Shown here in pieces: positions 59,208 through 64,000 of a stretch of 64,000 nucleotides of DNA. Every line of letters begins with the position of its first letter. Positions within the stretch are counted from its first letter, which is position 1. Position numbers and translations under genes: made by a program. The notes under the pieces are model-generated. The model was not told the DNA's origin, ran no database searches, and was given only the letters and a program-made list of their open reading frames with translations. The stretch comes from Podarcis erhardii (lineage: Eukaryota): assembly GCA_964252035.1 (NCBI GenBank), contig OZ176207.1. One strand, written 5' to 3'.

Positions 59208-60393
59208 CTATGTAGGATGCAAGATAGTACTAACAATCAGATAAATACCCACAAAAGAGACAGAAAATAATCCTATCTTAGGTTATAGCATTTTGACAGA
59301 TAGATAAAATATATACTTAGATCTGCTTGAAATGACACCTTCTCCCCCCACCGCTGGTTTGTGAGTGGGGCTTCATTTTGTTTTTGTTTTTTTGCGGGGG
59401 TGTACAAAATTGTTTCAAGGGAAATTGGTGGAGTGAAACAATTTGGAGTGGCCTCCTTTTGCTTTTCCCATGATGCCATGTTTACAGGTATAGTTTGGGT
59501 AAAAATCAAAATAGCAGTCCTGTGTCCATTGACATGCATGTGGGGGAAGCAAAGGGTACACCCCCAAAAAAAGCTCACCCTTGTCATGGGCTTTTGGGAC
59601 AAAAGGGTCCTCAGCAGAGGATGGGTTTCCTCCTCCAAGCCATTTTTGGAGGGATAGTCTTTCTCTGTGCCCCGAACCAATGCACACAGCAAGAGAATCA
59701 GTGATGTCTTCTGTGCTTTCCATATGGAAGAAAAAAGGTGCATCCTGAAAATGGCTGGCTTAAGGGAAAAGCCCACCCCTTACCAATGACGCATGGGGGC
59801 CAGAGACTCCTTGATGGCGTTTTTTTAGGGAGCCAGCAGCAGTAAGGGGAGGCAAGAGGAGGAGATGCAACAACTCTAAAAAATAAAATCATTTGCCCAC
59901 CAAAACATTGTCATTTTTATACACAAAGGAAACATAGGTCTCCTTTTCAGGTGCTCATTTCATTAGACCAGAATGTAATTAAAAAGAAAATACATCTACA
60001 GGCGATTGGATACATATTTATAGAGAACTGTAGAGAATTATAAAACATGTTGTGTGCCAAATCAGTATTGAAACTAAATTAATAAAAGGCCAAATATATT
60101 TTATAAAGCAAAAAGAAGAAAAAGAAAGGCACGAGGTGGTTTTTGTTTTCAGTTTTGAAGCTTTATGTAGCTTTTGCACCTAGAAGCTGAAGTCTAGTCC
60201 TAACAGGCTGCTCCAGCACCGATTGGCTCTCTCCAGCATTCCATTTAACGTCCATCAACTTCCACACAAGCTACTTTGACATGTGGCAAACCCTTTGAGA
60301 TGACCTGAATTCCAAGACATTTGGTGATTCAGGACTGCAGTATGCTACAAGCCCTTTTGATCTCATGCATGAAATTAGTAGAATCCATATATA

Positions 60394-60757
60394 AAAAGGT
60401 AAAGGACCCCTGACAGTTAAGTCAAGTCGCGAACAGCTCTGGGGTTGCGGCACTCATCTCGCTTTACTGGCCGAGGGAGCTGACGTTTGTCCGCAGACAG
60501 TTTTTCCGGGTCATGTGGCCAGCATGACTAAGCCGCTTCTGGCGAAACCAGAGCAGCGCACGGAAATGCCGTTTACCTTCCTGCTGGAGTGGTGCCTATT
60601 TATCTACTTGCACTTTGACGTGCTTTCGAACTGCTAGGTTGGCAGGAGTTGGGACCTAGCCACGGGAGCTCACCCCGTCGTGGAGATTCGAACCGCCAAC
60701 CTTCTGATTGGCAATCCCAAGGCTCAGTGGTTTAGACCACAGCGCCACCCACATCCC
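60394..60757 (-). mobile_element. Near full-length Sauria SINE
   Basis: Reverse strand tRNA head gggatgtgggtggcgctgtggtctaaacc (A box)...ggttcgaatc (B box), typical body, and ggggtcctttaccttttt tail; CpGs partly retained. Confidence 0.9.
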
Positions 60758-60760
60758 AGA

Positions 60761-60762
<2 letters not shown>

Positions 60763-60807
<45 letters not shown>
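60763..60807. repeat. (AC)n microsatellite abutting the SINE 5' end
   Basis: About 22 AC units. Confidence 0.97.
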
Positions 60808-60810
<3 letters not shown>

Positions 60811-61059
60811 CCAAATACCATATACCACACAGGGTAAGGAAGCACAAACAAATTATGACACATAAATTATATGAAGCACTCTCCTGACTTTTCATTTTAT
60901 TTTAAAGCAGTTTGGGGAAGGTGACATTGACTGGAAGGGCTCTGCTAGGGAAGAGGTTTTTAACCTTCCACAGCATCATTTGTCTGATCTAAATCACACA
61001 CACCCTGATTCTGTTAGTCACACTGAAGTCGTGGGGGAAGGCGAAGAGGTTAAGTAACT

Positions 61060-61320
61060 GTATTTATTTCTAAAAACAGTTATATAGTGCTATATCAGAA
61101 GAAGAAGAAATATCAAAGCGATTTACAGCAATAATACATAAAACATACAATAACAAATCATGTATTAAAAAGTTAAAAACAGACCTCAATTATCCATTGT
61201 GGAAAGATACGTTCTTAATTGCCTGGCAGAATAAAAAAGTTTTCAGTAGGCGTTTAAAATTTGACCCCGAAGGCGCCTGCTGGATCTCTATTGGCAAAAA
61301 ATCCCACAAGCTTGGTGCCT
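61060..61320 (-). mobile_element. L2 LINE 3' fragment
   Basis: Reverse A/T tail; aatatcaaagcgatttaca and gttttcagtaggcgtttaaa...gaaggcgcctg...tcccacaag blocks. Confidence 0.65.
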
Positions 61321-62039
61321 GTGTTCTGCACCCCCACCCCACCCAGGAGTGCTAACAATGGCTTTGTGGAGGGAGATAATTTGTAAGGATGCATTAACAT
61401 CTCTGTGTTCAAGCTTAAAAACAATCACGCTTTTGCAAACATTTCCTTTGGATACTCGACATCTCAAGGGTTTTTGCAAGTAATCAATAAAAAAAATCTT
61501 GCAAAACCCAGATATGTCTATTGAAATAAATGGAGACACAACAGAAAACCTTTGGGCCAAGAGATGCCCCTCACCAGTTATTTTGGGCATGCAGCCTTTT
61601 AAAAATCTGCCTACTGAATAGAAACATGGAAGGTCTCCCTTAGTTCTCTCTTGCCCCAAGGGTTTCCAGTGGTGGATTGTATTTTGCTGCAGGCTCTTTA
61701 AACTCTGCTTACTGAATAAATAAACTGAGACTTCAAACTTGTTTTGTTCTCTCCCATCTTGTTAATGAGAACACTTTAAATGGTAAGGAAAACCCAACTG
61801 AATATGGCACAGCCTCTAAAGAAGCTCACAAAAGTTACCAGCCTGTAAAAAGAATTGAGCGGCCTCTTTATGGACAGAAGAGAATTGCAAATGGTTACTT
61901 AGCAGTTGGGTCTCTTTTTATTCACTGGGCCTAATCTCGCTGCAGAACTGAAGTGGGGTGCTGCCTGCCCAGTCATTGCCACCTGCATCACAGCTGTTGC
62001 AAAGCATTATAAACAAAGGGGGGGATAGGTAGTCTGTCA

Positions 62040-62200
62040 GACCTTATTCTTGAAGCCCCCCCAAATATTCTTGCCTGCATACAATTTCTTGTCACCATGG
62101 CTATCCTGTATGAACCTCTCCCAGACCTGTAGGCCATCACTGGTGGTCCTCTTCTGGGTACCCCCTCTGGCCAAGGTGCAGAGGGTGGGGGCATTGGAGA
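62040..62200 (+). mobile_element. Decayed L2 ORF2 fragment
   Basis: tatgaacctctcccagacctgtaggccatc...cttctgggtaccccctctggccaaggtgcagagggtgggggcattggagagggc parallels 21120-21220. Confidence 0.6.
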
Positions 62201-63407
62201 GGGCAGCAGACACTGGAGGAGGAGGAAGAGGCAGCTCCTGAGCCCAAGCCTAGCACAGGCTCACAACTTTACATTATGTCTAGATTTAGCCTATGCTTTT
62301 GTGACATGGGAGAAACTGAGGATCTTGTAACATCTGGATTTTAAAAATACTCTGCTTATACTGTATATTGGTTAGAAACATGTTTCTTCCCCAACTGCTT
62401 TTGGGCAAGGGAAACCAGTCAGATCTTGAAACGATCAGATAATTGATATAAAGAATTACTCATTAAGTCAGCTTCTCACACTTTAGCATTATCCAAATCT
62501 CATGCTGCTTCTATTGAATCTCTTGTTGTAAATTGCTATCATCTGTGACTGCTGTAATGAAAACTAATTTTGGCTGGCTGAGCTCTTGCTCATTGTAACT
62601 ATCTACAAATTGTGAGTTGTGTTGTCCATCCCATTATGCATTGTGTTGTAACATTTCTTCTTAGGGACTATGGCCAATATGGAACTGAAACTCAACTGAA
62701 CTGTTTGCCTAACAGGAATTATATGACATAGTCTGGTGAACTTTGGGATGGATTTTTACTAGCCAGCTCCTATTCATTTATCATACAATGCCTCTAACCA
62801 AATATAAGGTGAAGATACAATCCAAATAAATGAATGAATGAATGAGCTACTGCATTACTGTTTCATACACAATCCTCAATCGATTTATGTCTGAAGACAT
62901 TACAAAGAATGAAAGAAGCTACAGAAACTTAGCAGTTACCTTTTACACACTTCTTGCAATCTCTCCACTGTACAGAAGAGGGCATATATTTGGTTAGAAA
63001 ACAGAAGCAGAGATTATCAACACAACTTCCTTTATTCTCTTAAAAATTAATTCAACCCACCCACAATGTTATACAGAAAGGCACCTAATGCGGGAATAAA
63101 AGAATAAATGAATATTTGCTTGCCTGCCCTGTAGGTCGATCCTTCCAGTTTGATTTAGCTGCTGCACAGCACAGACAATATTCTGTGCAGTTCTGTTGCT
63201 CAGCTTCTAATCATTGGGCAGAGCCACACAGATCCTGCACCCTGCAGGAAGCAAACCTTACTGCTAGGAAGGACCAGCTGCTAGGAAAGACTGGCTTTTT
63301 TTCACCCTAGCAAGCTACTAGTTGCTAGGATGCCCTATTATGATGCAATTCATACTATGATGTCTTTTCAGTCTCACTAGTATGTCACAAACATTCCTAA
63401 AGTGTAA

Positions 63408-63410
<3 letters not shown>

Positions 63411-63463
<53 letters not shown>

Positions 63464-63489
63464 TGTGAGTGAGAGAGAGAGAGAGAGAG
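63411..63489. repeat. Compound microsatellite (CT)18(GT)10(GA)n
   Basis: Read directly from the sequence. Confidence 0.97.
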
Positions 63490-63574
63490 CCTCTTCAAAC
63501 CCTAACCACTTCCTTCCTATATGAACTCTAAGCAGGTGGTCAATAGGACCATGGTAGGTCAGCAGAGCGTGGTA

Positions 63575-63636
63575 TAGAATTGTAGAGTTAGAAGGGACCC
63601 TGAGAACCATCTAGTCCAACCCCTTGCATTGTAAGA
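63575..63636 (-). mobile_element. SINE/CR1-type 3' tail fragment
   Basis: tagaattgtagagttagaagggaccctgagaaccatctagtccaaccccttgcattg. Confidence 0.7.
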
Positions 63637-63759
63637 ATACTTGGAGATGGGAAACCCAGTTGACATCAGGCCTTGCTTGATGAAAACCATCCCTTTAAAT
63701 CTTTTTTCCAGGAGGTCTTGTAAACCTAGATTCAAGTGTTTTCCCTACTTGCTGGTGAC

Positions 63760-63912
63760 CATGGGCATAGTCAAGGGGGGCAGGGAGGGGTAGCTGCCCC
63801 CAATCAATAAAAATGAGTAAAAATACATGGCTAACTGAGGTTCTGCTCAATGGTTAGAAGCTGAGCAGAAGCTGAGGGCCTGTCTCCCGACCCAATCCTG
63901 GCTACGCCTATG
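63760..63912. mobile_element. hAT MITE (153 bp), same family as 49407-49554 but in opposite orientation
   Basis: TIR catgggcatagtcaagg / cctggctacgcctatg; 8-bp TSD ctggtgac / ttggtgac (7/8 match). Confidence 0.85.
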
Positions 63913-64000
63913 TTGGTGACAGGGGGTTGGGTTTTCCCTGCTGCTGGAGCCACTTCCCCTTTAACATTTTTACCCATAAGATATCACAATGAGGGCAGCA

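Noticed and set aside
59208-64000. Search for the upstream DTNA exon (DLDRIRLSTYRTACKLRFVQKKCN)
   Set aside because: Not found in the window; it must lie beyond position 64000

Overview
Vertebrate genomic DNA from a squamate reptile. The Sauria-type SINE and CAGTGGT-TIR MITEs suggest a lacertid lizard; this is an inference. The whole window lies inside one minus-strand gene, alpha-dystrobrevin (DTNA). I traced 21 coding exons with GT-AG boundaries and consistent phases, from the EF-hand-region exon ([14 protein letters not shown]..., 58994-59207) through the ZZ zinc finger, the syntrophin-binding region and the coiled coils to the VSLQG* stop (1719-1736). The 5' exons lie beyond the right edge, and a probable 3'UTR exon runs off the left edge. 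The ORF track misses several alternative exons: a 9-nt DTW microexon, a 90-nt exon encoding a third syntrophin-binding-type motif, the 78-nt and 93-nt variable exons, and a 21-nt EEELKQG exon whose read-through gives an alpha-dystrobrevin-2-type C-terminus. Introns are full of SINEs, L2/CR1/Rex-Babar/L1/Penelope fragments, hAT and Tc1/mariner MITEs, short hairpin repeats and microsatellites. I see no evidence for a wholly new biological system. The best leads concern isoform regulation: position-matched ACUAAC (QKI-type) motifs behind three alternative exons, two candidate internal first exons, a candidate poison exon, a tandem donor and tandem acceptors. Exon numbers follow human DTNA approximately, and all comparisons with human DTNA are from memory, not from a search.
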